Shown here piece by piece: positions 9,804 to 23,002 of a stretch of DNA of 64,000 nt. The stretch lies in contig OZ316892.1 of NCBI GenBank assembly GCA_973895155.1, positions 1,367,223 through 1,431,222 on the forward strand. Direction: 5' to 3'. Made by a program: the position numbers and the translations under genes. Every line of letters starts with the position of its first letter. Position 1 is the stretch's first letter. The notes below the pieces were generated by a model that saw only the letters and a list, made by a program, of their open reading frames with translations, was not told where the DNA came from and made no database searches. The DNA comes from Marsupella aquatica. Its lineage: Eukaryota; Plantae; Marchantiophyta.

Positions 9804-12800
9804 AAACAGGCCTGTTGCTGACAAATCTGACTAATATCCAAGTTGGTCGGTTTGTTTTTTTTGCACTGGAACTCTGCCTCCAGATATAGTTTCCAGTTTG
9901 GGGGCACAATGAGGATCCAACTACAGACACTTAGAGTAAAAATGCACTTATGAAGGGTTTTGCACTTATATATTTGTCGCATATGGAATGATTCCAGGCC
10001 TGTTTGCACTAAGAAAAATGCACAAAAGTCCAAAATCTGGGCAGAACAAAAGGGAGAATAGGATACCTTGCACTCAACCACCTTGCCATTTATGGAGGTT
10101 GCACTTAGAGAGAGCTGACTGTACTTTGAGGCGAAAGCGGGGGCAAAAGGTGAGAGGAGTCATGGGTTTGAACCGCACACAGTTCTCGAACCAACCAACA
10201 GGTCTCACAGAATTGTGTCCAAATCTCCTTGTTTGCATTTCCACGGCTACAGTTTTTTTCCTTGATTTTAGAACACTAAGAAGTTGTTCATTTAAACCTC
10301 AGTGGATATATTTTATTTTCCTCTCTCTCTCTCTCTCTCTTAGCATTCTTGTTATGAAATATATCACACACTCAAAAAATATTGTTAGAACATTTGGATG
10401 CTGTTCCTTTGAACCTGTGGGTACATCCTACAGTCCTGTTTTGTTTGCAAATATATATCGTGTTGCCAAAGCCTGAGAGTCCCATGCCACAGCTGCAAAG
10501 AAACTTGAGGTCCATAATGGTTTTTTTCTTTGTAACTGTCATTTTGTTATGAAGAATGCACATTCAAAATTTCCGATGGTATTCTCTTCTACATTTACTG
10601 ACTAAGATAAAAAATGAATCTTAGGCCTTTAAGTGTATTAAGATGCTCTGGCTCTTCCCAGAGCACTATGGACAACAGTAGGCTTTCAAAACTTGAATAA
10701 GGCCTAATTTTTTGGGGGTGTTATGGCCAACAATTCGCTGTGAACAGGAAGTGACTATATTCTTATATGGGGGCAAGATATTTCTCTTTGTAAATTTTTG
10801 TACTTTATGGACGAGAATGCTGTGCAAGGGCATGATTTATCTTAGAATTACGTGCAGAAATTGGTTTGGTGTTCAGGTGAAGAAAGGAGAAATAGAATAA
10901 AAACTATTCCAGTGAAAAGCCCTACTCAGCATTAAACTGAAACCCTGGTAAAGCAACTGAAATCCCTCTGAAGCTCGGATTGAAGCAAACAACAGATTAA
11001 GGTCACAAAGAATGTCCAGCCCAGATCACAACAGATGAAGGTCGCAAAGAATGTTCCAGGCCCCCAGGTGAGTTGCTGTTGCATCCAACGAGCACAGCGG
11101 AAATGGCATGGTTGCTGCCTGTGAATCGATGCGAGCACACAGAGAGACTGGCAGCTGATTTTCATTGCACTCTCTCAATCCACGATCTCTAGCATTCTAG
11201 TTTGCCAATGCACAAGAATGACACTGATCATCGACGAGGTTCGGATATCTTGGCAACAATCAGAAGCGAAGATTTGATCGGCAGTTGAACCCGAAATTGT
11301 AGTTACATGGAGACCTCTTGAAGATTTGGACTCTGGAGGAATGAATTGAGACTCATGTTCCTCAGTCGGTAGCTTAGAGATAGATCTTCCCGCCATGGCA
11401 TGGAAGATGGAAGACTGTCCAGTTAATTTGTATTGCTTGATCACAAAAAGAGATAGCTAGGATGATCGAGTGACTAGACAGTGGCTTATCATCCAAATAG
11501 TAAAATCATCCAAGAATATATGAACATGACAAAACCAATTTCTACCAGAATACAAAAAAGATCGCAAATTCGAAATGCTCAATTCCAAGATAAATCTCAA
11601 TTCGATTACTTCGTCCATGGAAATCCGAAACACAGCTTTCTTTCTGTATGTTAATGACTTCATCTTGTGTTTGCATGATTTATATAAGAGTGCAAAAGAA
11701 CGAAGAGTGCCCAAGCGGAAACACGATCCCAAAGGCAGGAGATTCAATACAGGGGAGAAAACAAGGGAGAGTGCAAAAGAACAAAAACTGCCAACCTAAA
11801 AGCAGGATCCCAAAGGCAGGAGACCCAACAAGGTGGAAAAACAACGGTAAAACAGCATGGTAGGAATCTTCTCAAGGCCCTCGGGTGTACCTTTATACCC
11901 ACAACACAGGGAACTGTCACAGTAATCTATTTCCTACAATTGAGATTGATTGTAATAGCACTCATCGGCCTTTATGGAAATGACTGCAATCATCACGGCG
12001 ATTGCATCCAGAGCATATCTATGAACAAGAAGGTAATCGAATTTTTTTGACCCCAGATGATAAAGCCACTGCATCTGCCTTCCAGTCGAACACTCAAATA
12101 TCCGTATGTCGAGGACGAAACATAAACCATGAACTGTAAAAGTAAGACTCAGCTCCCCGAGCAGCGAAGAGCATACCTATGAACAAGAAAAAAATTGGAT
12201 GATAAAAGGCACTGCATCTGCCGTCCCGTCGAACACTCAAATATCCGTATGTCAAGGACACCTCAACCAGTGGTTGGCGGTCGAAGGACGAACCAGGAAG
12301 GAAATACATTGATCTGGCTTCACCTGCTGTCTAGTCCACTTCCAATTTCACGCACACTGCTGGTATACGAAATTTGCACTCAAAACGAACAAGTTCTGAC
12401 TGATTAGTATTAGTGGGGGTCGTCTGATCCATTCACGGCAGGAAGTCTTTCTACTGGACGAACACTAAACGGCACAAAGGGTCATAGGCAGGAGCCAGCA
12501 ATCACATCCATCCAAGTTAGGACAACTAACTGCGATATTCACACGTCAGAAAGGTCCTTTAGTGAGTAAACAGGTGCCATTTTCTTATTTCAACCCACTG
12601 CTCTGTTCGAGTGAAGGTCCCCTCACTTGGTGACCTGTTTCAAATCCTGTTTCCAATCTCTATGTGTTCAAAGACAACAGAGGAGTTGAGAATATTCCGG
12701 ACCTGGCATGCCCGGTGGGGAGCGTTTCACAGAAAATGATCTGAAGGCTAATTACAAAAATGAGAAAGCCCGTTGCAACTGCCCATCTATCTGTTTCTCC

Positions 12801-13365
12801 TGGTGTGCGAAATGAGGGTTCTGAATCAAAGTACTTCTACATACAGTACTGAAAAATGTAGGATGCAGCCAATTTTCTTCGTGTCTAGAGGAACAAATCT
12901 CTCGACGAGAACATCTCAAAGGGTAAGATGAAGGATGAAGATGGCCCGCAATGACCATCACCGGAACAAACAAGAACATGCCGTCTATGCATGAACAAGA
13001 TATGCCCAAGAATGCACTTTCAAACCTAGCTTGGAGATGTGCCCTACTATCACCTCAAACTTATCGAAGTTAAGCTGAAATTTCTTCGCATACATCTTTT
13101 CAAAGTGAACCGAACCACATCATGTCGTTCTGTCAGAACTGTTCAAGTCCATCGCTACACATGAAATCATGATGCTCGGAAAAGCTCGTCAGGGATACCA
13201 CTTGCGTATAAGGTTTCAATAACTGTACTTGCCAGATATCCTTATTACCTTCAGCTCCTTGTAGGTAAATTTTAGAAACTGAGGGGGTAATTCAGTTTAG
13301 TTGCACCGCGCCAAGCACCATCCCCTTTCTGTAGTGAATTGTCATCTGAACTTTCCCCGGAATCT

Positions 13366-13848
13366 TTAATACACTTTGTCCTCTGAGAAAGATGGAGTAC
13401 CAGGGTTGAACACCGGGCTTAAATTGTCCTCTGCCACCCGATTTTCCGCTGCCACCCTGGCCTTTTGCTCCTGCTTGGCTCTCTCACAATTGGATAGGCC
13501 AACCCAAATGTCAAGCATAGCTCCGGTTGAACCATAAAATACCAACGGGGCGAAGGATTTCTTCTTGATCCCTAGTGGAACAGCTATTCCAGCTCCCAAA
13601 ACAGAAAATATCCAAGACCTGCACCGGCGCATCTAAAAAAGTGAGACAAATCGACAGCGCAATCGCTCGGATGCACGGCAATCAAAACTGGTGTGAACCA
13701 ATTGAGCGGATAAACCCGAAAACAAAACAAAGAAATCACCAAAATCCAGAACATATAAACCCTCTCTACGGAAATGGAAACAAGTTGGTATTCACCCGTA
13801 GAGCGAGCAATCATCGAAATCTACATCCCCCTGCTTCGTCTCTGCCAT
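13366..13848 (-). CDS. Small conserved plant membrane protein, 2 coding exons (13848-13796 and 13618-13366), about 101 aa: MAETKQGDVDFDDCSLYGSWIFSVLGAGIAVPLGIKKKSFAPLVFYGSTGAMLDI...
   Basis: A GT-AG intron joins TAC GG|G TCT in frame. The sequence resembles an uncharacterised land-plant family (GSWIFSVxGA...KSLAPLVFFGTTGTMLDI, recalled from memory). Confidence 0.75.
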
Positions 13849-16817
13849 CGTTAAAGGTAGCTAGTCTCCACATGCCCAGTAAAATCGTCCAGGGTGCCTT
13901 ATCGCTCACCGATGAACACCTCATATGACCCACGGCGTTCAACCTGGCAAAAACATTCAAGAATTAAACTTCCATCACCGAATCTGGAATTAGAGAACAG
14001 GCAACCAGCATACCTGCCTGCACAAAACATGGTTCACTTCGCAGATACAGCACGGACACCGATAGTACCAATCAATGAGCTGTGTGTAAAGCGGAGGATT
14101 TCGACATTGATCTCTCTGTTGGAGGTAATGCAGGCACGATGGACTGCAAGCTGCTTCAACCTAGTTCACTCTCAATTTCCTCCTTGCTTCAGTTTCACAA
14201 GGGCTGCCTGGCTTCTCGGGGAGACAAGTTCATGGCAGCAGGCACAACTGCAGAAATGTCCACAATCAAGGAAGGTAACAGCGAGGGAGAGAAGGGAGCC
14301 GTTCACAAGAGAGTACTGGGAGAATACATAAACCCCCGTGCCAAAAGCACACGACATTAATCAGAACAAAACCCACCCACAAGCTGAACGCAGAGGAAAC
14401 AGACGAAGAAATCTGTGAAAGAAAGTAGAGGGCAACAGAGATCGAACGTACGCAGGTTTTTGACCGTGGGATCAGCAATGCACAAAAGCTCACTCGGAGA
14501 GAGATCGAGGGAAAGCTACTGCCAGATATTGTGAGAGACGCAGAGATATCAAGACCGAGCGAGAGAGAGAGTGAGTCCCAGAACAGGATGACAAGGAGCA
14601 GAACAGAAACCCCATCACCTCCGGAAACACTCGAGATGGCACAGACCCTCAATCAGTTTCCAATCCCGTCCCGAGCACAAACACATTCGAAAGAAAAACG
14701 CAACCGGTTTCAGACATCGAACACTCAGGAGTGCAAACACTTCGACAACCCAAAGCACAGCTGAACGGACCCGCCTCAGGACAGACTCGGAATGCAGAGA
14801 CCGCATCACATCGGAAATACTGATTAAGTGGCATAGACCCTCTAGCTGAAATCCCGTCCCGGGCACAAATCACCACACTCCAAAGAAGAAGCACGAGGAT
14901 TTCAGCGACCAAACATTCACGCAAGAGTACCTTTTTCGCCTTTTCAACCCGTACTGATACCACAGGGTACGGAGGTGCAAAATTGAGAAAATAGATCGCG
15001 ACAACATATTGGACGACATAGACTGCTCCCTCTCATCTCGCTTTGTAATGTAGATAGGAGAAATAGGACCTCGTTTCACTTGTGAGCAGGCTCCAGAACA
15101 TTGGACATTTTTTGGAAGCCTCTTGTTGGGCACTCTCTTTCCTGATTTTCACTTTCGGGACTTGCCCCTCTGGTTCTTTCTAGGTTTTCGGCTGCAGGAT
15201 TGGGGAGACTTGGCCTGCCGCTGCCCCATTTTCCCCTTTTGGCTTTCCTTGTTATAATCGACTCTGCCTCCGCGTATTCCCTCCCACCCAAATATTGTTT
15301 GCTTACTTTTCACTATGAAGCGTAACCTCATGTGGAATAAGTGCCAATGAAAAATTGTTACTTGGTAATTGTGCACAGGATTCTATCATTTTGCACTCAT
15401 GAACACTCACCATGTCAATAGGCAGTCAGATTTCTAGGTTTCTAGGAATGGTTGGAGGGGCACTCTGGTGCCCTGGGACTCTATAAGGAACAGAAAGCAC
15501 TTCACTGATTTGGGAGATCTCAACTACCTCATGTTCCAACCTCTTCAACATCCAGGCTTTAACACCATCCTGCTCTACGTGTCCATCCCTTCAAAGGCCT
15601 CGTCGAGATCCTGCTCTGGGTAACAATGCAGCGCTTATCCGAATGTCTGGGAATTAGACACTACCGGGCTGCTCCACCATTCAATGGAGTCGGATAATCA
15701 TTAGCAATCTTTGAGTTTGTCCGATAATGGAGCTCTTCATTCCGCTGGGGTATATCCAATTCCCTTAAGACTCCAGAGCTCACATGCTCACTTATCTTAG
15801 GCTCATGCTGGATATCAGTCTCTAGAGAGTTGGATTCCTTTCTCATTCCGTCTCTCTAGAGAGTTGGAATCCTTTCTCATTCCGACTCTCTGGAGCAGTT
15901 GGGACACAATCTAGTTTGTAATCATCCACCAATTCAGTGTTTGACAAAGCAAAATTTCGGGACGTCAATGGGCCGTGGTGGGGCATGCAGTGGTGCCAAA
16001 GAAAAAGGAAGCCAAAAATGGTCACTGCCTGGACAGCTTATTTGCGGCCTTCCATGAGCTGAATGGAGCAGGCGCACACTTCCGTCGAGGTTCAATTACA
16101 TGGCCAGAAACTCATATACAGCCCCCGGTTCCAGATCAGAAACTGACTCCAGAGAAAAGTTCCGCTGTAGGAATGCGCAAGGACATGTGCGCTCGTTAAA
16201 GCAACCCACTTCCTGCAATGAAAGAAGTAAGGTAACCACGTCTGAGATCCATATCACTCCAGGAATCAGGTGATCTCACTCCTCGTCAATATCCGTCTGG
16301 TTATCAAATTCAAAACCATGATTCAGAAAACCCATAACTATCACCTCATGTCTTTAGGTCCAATTTAGCTCATCCAAGACTTTCATCAACTTTCAGAAGA
16401 TTGGTCCATGAGAACAGTGTCTCCACCATAAAGGTCATGGTACGAACTCGACCAAGCCTTCAAAGTTTGTAAAGCCAATATAACCAATCGACTATGTTGG
16501 TGTCCTTTGCACGAATTGCAAAGATCTACGATCTGTGAACTGCTGTTTTGTAAAGAATTGACTAATCATTGTGGGTACAATAGTGGAGGCACGGGACCAT
16601 GTACTTATTATTTTCTTCGCTCTTCATGTAACGGAAGTTGTGGCACACGATGTCGGCAAGCCACACTTCAGTACCTGCCGATGATATAAAAGAATGACTC
16701 TTCACAGCAATTTAAAGAATAGATCAAAACTGACTTTCCCAACTCACTACAGACGGCGTTCTCCGTGTTACAAACAAGAACACCGTTGTCTCATGCTCTA
16801 AGCTTATCAACAAGTAT

Positions 16818-19800
16818 TTATGCCGGACCTGGTGCAGGCACTTCTTGGATGAACAACTTCTTCACCTGACAACACAAATTTGGAGTGAGAATAGGAGCAT
16901 TAGTGCACTCGAAGAACCCTTCTGTACTCAGACCTACATCACCAATGTAACCCTGTGACCTCGATGTCATTACAGAATGTCATTGCAGAACCACGGCAAT
17001 GCGATGTGAGGGATTGAAAAGGTCGTGAAATTATGGATTACCTGCTCCAAAGTCAAAAACATTATTACGTTCCATGATCCCAACCGTCCGAAATTTGGTA
17101 TAAAGCCTTTATAAAAGGCACTGATACCCTGAATTCGACAACCGGGATACCATATTAAAACTGTAAAGTATTGGCATCATGTCTCCATTGCACGTAGCTA
17201 ATCAGACCTGATAAGCCCACAATTAGACATGCTCTTGACTAACAATATTGCATAGTTACTCAAAACATAAGATTGTGGTGAAGATAATCACGTCATTTCT
17301 GAAGGTCTTCACAAAGCAATCCAAGGTTCCAGAATATTGCTTCGCAGCATCCCCCATCACTCGTGACTTCACCTGCACATTGTGAAATTCATCAAAACCC
17401 CGCATATGTAACTAGACAGGCATTTAGCTATCTGGACTAGGTCTATAAAACAGCATGTGGGCAAACAATAGCAGTAATCCAGACACCAAAACCCACCATT
17501 AATTTCTGTTGCCATTCATAATTAATAAAAATGAGATCATACTCGAGGACCACTTACCACATCAACTGGTGATCCAATACAAACTGCAAAGAATCCTGCA
17601 CCCAAACCTGATAGGATATGGGTGACCACGTTGTCTGTAAATCCAGGCAGCTTCAAGAGGGTCTAAGACAGGCACACAAAAGAATGAATTACAAAAAATG
17701 ATTTTTCTCCAAGAATAAAGATATCTTTTCCTTTGAGCGATAGACTTTCATCCCTAATTAATTGAATATACGTAACCGTATCATTCTGTTATCAAAGGTC
17801 AACGGGAACTGACAAACAAATTTCATTCACCTTGAAGGAAATTAGGTTACATTCATTATTGATCACTAAAAAATCTCACAATCGTCAAAACCACCCATTT
17901 GCAGCATTATCGTTTACAATCCACTAGAATTGAAAATATCAAGTCTATACTTGGACTACCAACTCAAACATCTTAACTAGTGTTGCTACAAATAAACTAG
18001 GACAATATGAATCCAGTGTAAAATATGGTGACATAGCAAGACGACCCCTTGCTGACCTGTTTCACTTGATCGTAACTTGCAAGCTCGGCAGCATTAATGA
18101 TGGCATTTCTCGCCACATTGGGCCCAAGCCCTTTCCAAAGAGCTGTGACGCCTTCCTGTCAATAAGAAAAACATGAGCACTTCTGCTGAAACTACAGTCC
18201 GCAAACTGTAGACTCCCAGTTCCAATACACAGAACGTGCGAAGCTGCAAAGATCAAAGCATGACCACAACAAATAGGCACATTCATCTAGATTTGGATTT
18301 TAATTCACCTGCTTTACGATAGTAGAATAAGCGTTCATAGCTCCACTGTACCTACGAGGCACACCAGGTGGTAGCTTTCCTTCAGCCTGCAGCCGTACTT
18401 TCACCAAATCGGTGGGATTTGCCACAGCAATGGCTAAGGCACCTGTTTCCAGCAACAGGGGAAAATGATCACTATGGAGCGCAACCTCGAACTAGGTTTT
18501 CGACTACAACGGCATTGAACACCAGACTAACGGTGGTGCCCATTCATACATCTGTAACCACTTTGATTGTTAATACGTACAGCCAACAGAAGCTAAGACA
18601 GTCACCTATACCATCTATACCACTGCTTGGGAATATTTGCCAGTGGAAACAAAAAAAATCCCAGAATACAATTCTCAGAGACTCTCCACCGTCATTTAAG
18701 ATTCACTACAGCCGTGGTCTCTCTTTGGACATCACACGCACAGCGTACTAGCAACAGCAGAACATGATGGATATCATCAAAGATATAGGTAGACCAAACG
18801 AGATCTCCATGGCGAGGTCAACAATCCATTCCGCACCTGTTGTAAGACCAGCCGCAATCTTCGTATACAAGGGTACATCCCCAACATGGTCCTTCCCAAC
18901 ATACAGGGTCTTTACCTGCTCTAAGTAGGAGTTCAAGCAGCATCAAGTTCACATTATTAAAATTTGTCTAGAGCGTGTGAAACACCAATCAATCTGAACT
19001 TCCAGCTCAAAGCATAATGCAGCCAAATGAAGACAAGAGGCAAAGAAGTGTGGAAATCGCCTAGTTTTCCGTTCCGAGGGAAACGGATAGCCCAAGAGAT
19101 AAAACAGAAATCCAGGTACAGTATTGAAGTCTAGACTCGTGTAAGACCGACTTGATGGATATCGAATGTATTGGCCTTTAATAAGCGTCAGAAGAAATGT
19201 GGACACATGGCTCGCAGAGTACACTCATTCTGGCGTGGCTGATGGTTTATAAAATGAATGGAAGAATTATTACCGGCTCATACAACCCTATTCGAAGGCC
19301 TCCGAAGAGGCATTGCCTGTGGAGACCTGGAACAATGCCCCGCCATAGTGAAGTAACTCCCTCCTCTCGGGCAATGGTTCCTATGGTGCCAAGCATCCCC
19401 CTATATTTGGGTGCCACATTTTCAGAACCTGCCAATGCTTTGCCTTGCAACTGGAGCCTCACCTTGGCCGTGTCTAGAGGGATCGTACATATCTGCAAGG
19501 AATCCCAACTTCGACCAATTACTAATGCTCACATGAGGACAAATCAGTGGACGTTGGTGCGCAAAGCGAAAAAAGCTCATCACGCTATGTCCTGATAAAC
19601 TGCAGAATGCAGAATAGAGCAGTCGCTAGCTTGACGATGCACAACGGATTAAACGCACATTTGCTTGGAAGTGCAAGATCCCATAATCTACAAATCCTTA
19701 CAAAGAGGGCAAATAAGAATCATAACCCGACTCGTCGGCCAGACTCACTGCCTCAAAGATTGAATCACGATGTTTACAAACTAGAGCTTCATCGCCAAAC

Positions 19801-21051
19801 TTTGTTTAAGACAAAGCATGGGGCTAATATGGTATCATCATCACGAAAATCTCAAACCAATTAATAACAGACCGATTTCAACCGCTTGGAAGTCTTCAGG
19901 GTTGACAATATCATACGGACTAGTAAGACAGATCACCTAATAACCAGGTGACCTCCCGATCCAATTTTTGGAGCAAATTTTCCACCAGCAGCCTTAAATT
20001 TCACCCGTATGCAGCCTGAAGTATTACACAGTTACATCACGCCCTACTTTTCACAGATTGTAGCTCTAAAACCTCCAACAATTGTGCGGCAAGCCCCAGT
20101 GGGCGAGCATGCAAAATTGACCCAACTTGAGGGCAGTTCTAGCATTCATTCTCTCGTCTCTGTTTGATTAATGTCACCTCGAAGAATCTGTCACTTTGTC
20201 TCTGTCCCTGGCCTGTTTAGAACGCCACCGAATCTGACTGATGACGATTGACCCAGTAGTTCATTGCTTCTTTAACTCATGCTAAACCAGACTTTGGGTT
20301 TTCAGGTAATGAAAGTGGCCCAGCAGTACACGAGCTCCCTTCTAGGCAAATGGTCAATAAATTCCACTGGTAACACAGGATTTAGCGTCCTCTGCGTGTG
20401 GCTGATGTGGTTCCCGGTTGCCCCCTTCTTAACATGGTAGATCTAGAGAAAATGCATTCGATGCCACAGATTGAGTCCTTCGATTTGAAATGCTTCAATT
20501 CGAGTAAGGGGGTGGATGGGTTATTAAGTAGCCGAAAACAGGTGCTGCCATAAGAGACTTGACCGTAAAACCCATTCATTAGACTCCAGATGCCCGATTC
20601 AACAGCGTCGCAAACGGATTCGTGCAATACGCGCAAAGCCATGATAAACAAATTCTACAAACCATTCTACTACCGGAAAGACAGTGAACACTGCACAAAT
20701 AAGCTCAAATTCAATTGACATCCAGAATTGTCACTCCTCCGCCACACAGCTGGTTCTCCATCCTTCCACAAACAACTCCGTCCAACAATCAAAGCTCCAT
20801 TAACGGATCCCAGTCAGCTGAACCCCTACTTTCAGACCCAAAACGCGGGACTCACGGAGGAATCACATCGAGCTCGATAATCAACTCTCACATTCCACAA
20901 ATCAACTCACACATTCCACAACAAAATGCCCCAGCCACAACGATGAATGAATCTTCGATACCTCTGCCCAGCAGGCTGCAGACGCACTGCTCGCGAACGT
21001 GCCATACAGAGGGATGTGTGTGGTCTTCCCCGGCTTCTCTTCCGCCACCAT
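16818..21051 (-). CDS. UCP: Mitochondrial uncoupling protein (plant UCP/PUMP, mitochondrial carrier family), 9 exons, 313 aa
   Basis: Exons 21051-20962, 19492-19274, 18915-18837, 18442-18309, 18155-18057, 17662-17558, 17372-17292, 17128-17042, 16865-16818; all GT-AG and in frame. Three carrier signatures [29 protein letters not shown]; [22 protein letters not shown]. Confidence 0.95.
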
Positions 21052-21425
21052 CGTTCCACAACTCAACTCTCCTCTCCTCTCTCTCCTCTCTCTCCTCTCC
21101 TCGCCTCGCCTCGCCTCTTCAAGCACATAGAAAGACGCACGCGCTAATTACGAGACAACAGTAAGTAAGTGCGAAGGGAAAACGAGAGCAAAACGGGAAA
21201 GAAGGGAGTGCCGAGAGAAAGGCGTGAAGGATACGGCCTGACGTTTTCTTTCTTTTGACGGACCCTACTGTACTATGCAAGTCAGGTCCCATCATTATTA
21301 GCAGTTATTGGGGGCGGAAAGGGGCGCGAAAAGCTCTTGAAAATACGTAATTATGTACGTAAATGGATACTTGTATACTTGCAGTTGTACACAAGTTCAT
21401 GAAGGATAAAGGATTCCATATTAGA

Positions 21426-21493
21426 GAGAGTATTGTACTAACTAAGAACTTAAAGCCAGGAGAGTATTGTACTAACTAAGAACTTAAAGCCAG
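21426..21493. repeat. Perfect 34-bp tandem duplication upstream of UCP
   Basis: gagagtattgtactaactaagaacttaaagccag x2. Confidence 0.85.
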
Positions 21494-23002
21494 GACAGAC
21501 GGGGACTTTTCCCATGTCTATCCCCATGGAGTGTGACATAGGGATTGATTGTTTTACACCTCATCAGGGGTGAAATGGGCTACAAATGGATGATAAAATG
21601 CCTTTAATTTTCCATAGGCAGTTTACCTGCATCTCAGTTACCACTAGTGGCGGGAAGCGCAAGTAAATCCAACGCATTTTACGGGGAAACACTCCCGCGA
21701 GATCGCTACAGTATAAGGATGTCAGAAAAGCTCTATCCTCGTGCCCAAAGCTGGCCTCGTTGTGCAGCTCCTGTGAGAAGGTATGATCAAGCTTGGAGTT
21801 TTGTGCTATGTTTGTTGATATGTCTTGCATTCTGTTGTCCTTTAGTCTGCACTCTGCAACACCTTCTGTGCCTTGTCTCTGAGCTTTCAATTTGCACCTC
21901 GCCTTAGTTTGCACCTTTCTTAGCTAGTCTTGCTGCTGATAGCAGACAGCTCTGGCCCTACACTTTCCAACATTAGCTTTTTGCCTGCCATCCTCTGGCA
22001 TTTTCTGCTGCAATCCCTGGTTGCTGGCTTGCTTGCTTCTCTAATGTTTGTGGCCATGCCTTCCTGGATATTCCAGGTTCAGTTGCCGGAGTACTCAACG
22101 CCGCCTTGCGGTATGAGCTTCAATCAATCATTTTTTATGTCCACGCTTATTGTAATCGGTTAATTTAATACAACAAATTCAATGAGCAAATGTGGATCCA
22201 TGTCATTGAACAACTTCAATTTACTTGCTTGAAATACTGTTGAGGCATTTCATGTAATTGAATGGAATGAAGGTCCAATGATGAAGTAAGGAAGCATCTG
22301 AGTCTAAGAAATGAGGCGCCTAATCTAGAGGAAATAACCAACAAGCTAGAAGACATAATTTTCATGCTGCACACTGCCCCTACCGATTTAATTCGCTGAA
22401 TATGAGATTGAATCCCATGGAATAGCTCAGACATCTCAATAGTCCAAGGATACTTAGTAAATTACTTGAGGTGCTATGTGTAAAACATGCAGCGCTAAGG
22501 ACTTAGCCAATAAATTAAGGTTACCAATTTGTATTACTTGGCCCAATGAGCATTACAAGAATCAAGAACAGTCCTAGAATGCTAATTCTTTGCCTCTTGC
22601 TCCATAAATCTTACTTAGGAAGATGGACTCCATGGACCCTTATGACGAGCGGGATGACGAGTTGGCTCCAAATTGTTGAACTTGATTCTTCTGACTCCGA
22701 AGACCTTGACTATGACTCCAAAGTTGACCTCCCTCCTCCCATCACTCATGTCTACATAGGACCCCAATCCCTTCACGCACATGATCATACCATTCATCCT
22801 ATTCATGGTGTGGAGAACTTGCCCCACACGGATAATCCGTGCAGGGATCCGGCAATTGATGTTAGGGAGTTGGTGGATGAGGATGAACCAGTTCAGATTC
22901 TTCCCATACATTCAGGTGGGTCTTGATCATAGTCCCCTTCAAGTTTGCCTTGGATTGGTCAAGTAAGGGGACCGTTCTTTACTTAAAGCCCATGATGGTT
23001 TT

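Noticed and set aside
9804-13300. Short ORFs and local duplications (near 11000-11060, 11725-11850, 12010-12260)
   Set aside because: There are no recognisable domains or consistent exon chain. These look like ordinary intergenic or UTR duplications.
22546-23002. Acidic, His-rich ORF fragment, possibly a decayed transposon gene
   Set aside because: It is frameshifted, has no recognisable motif and is cut by the insertion at 23003. Not assignable by eye.
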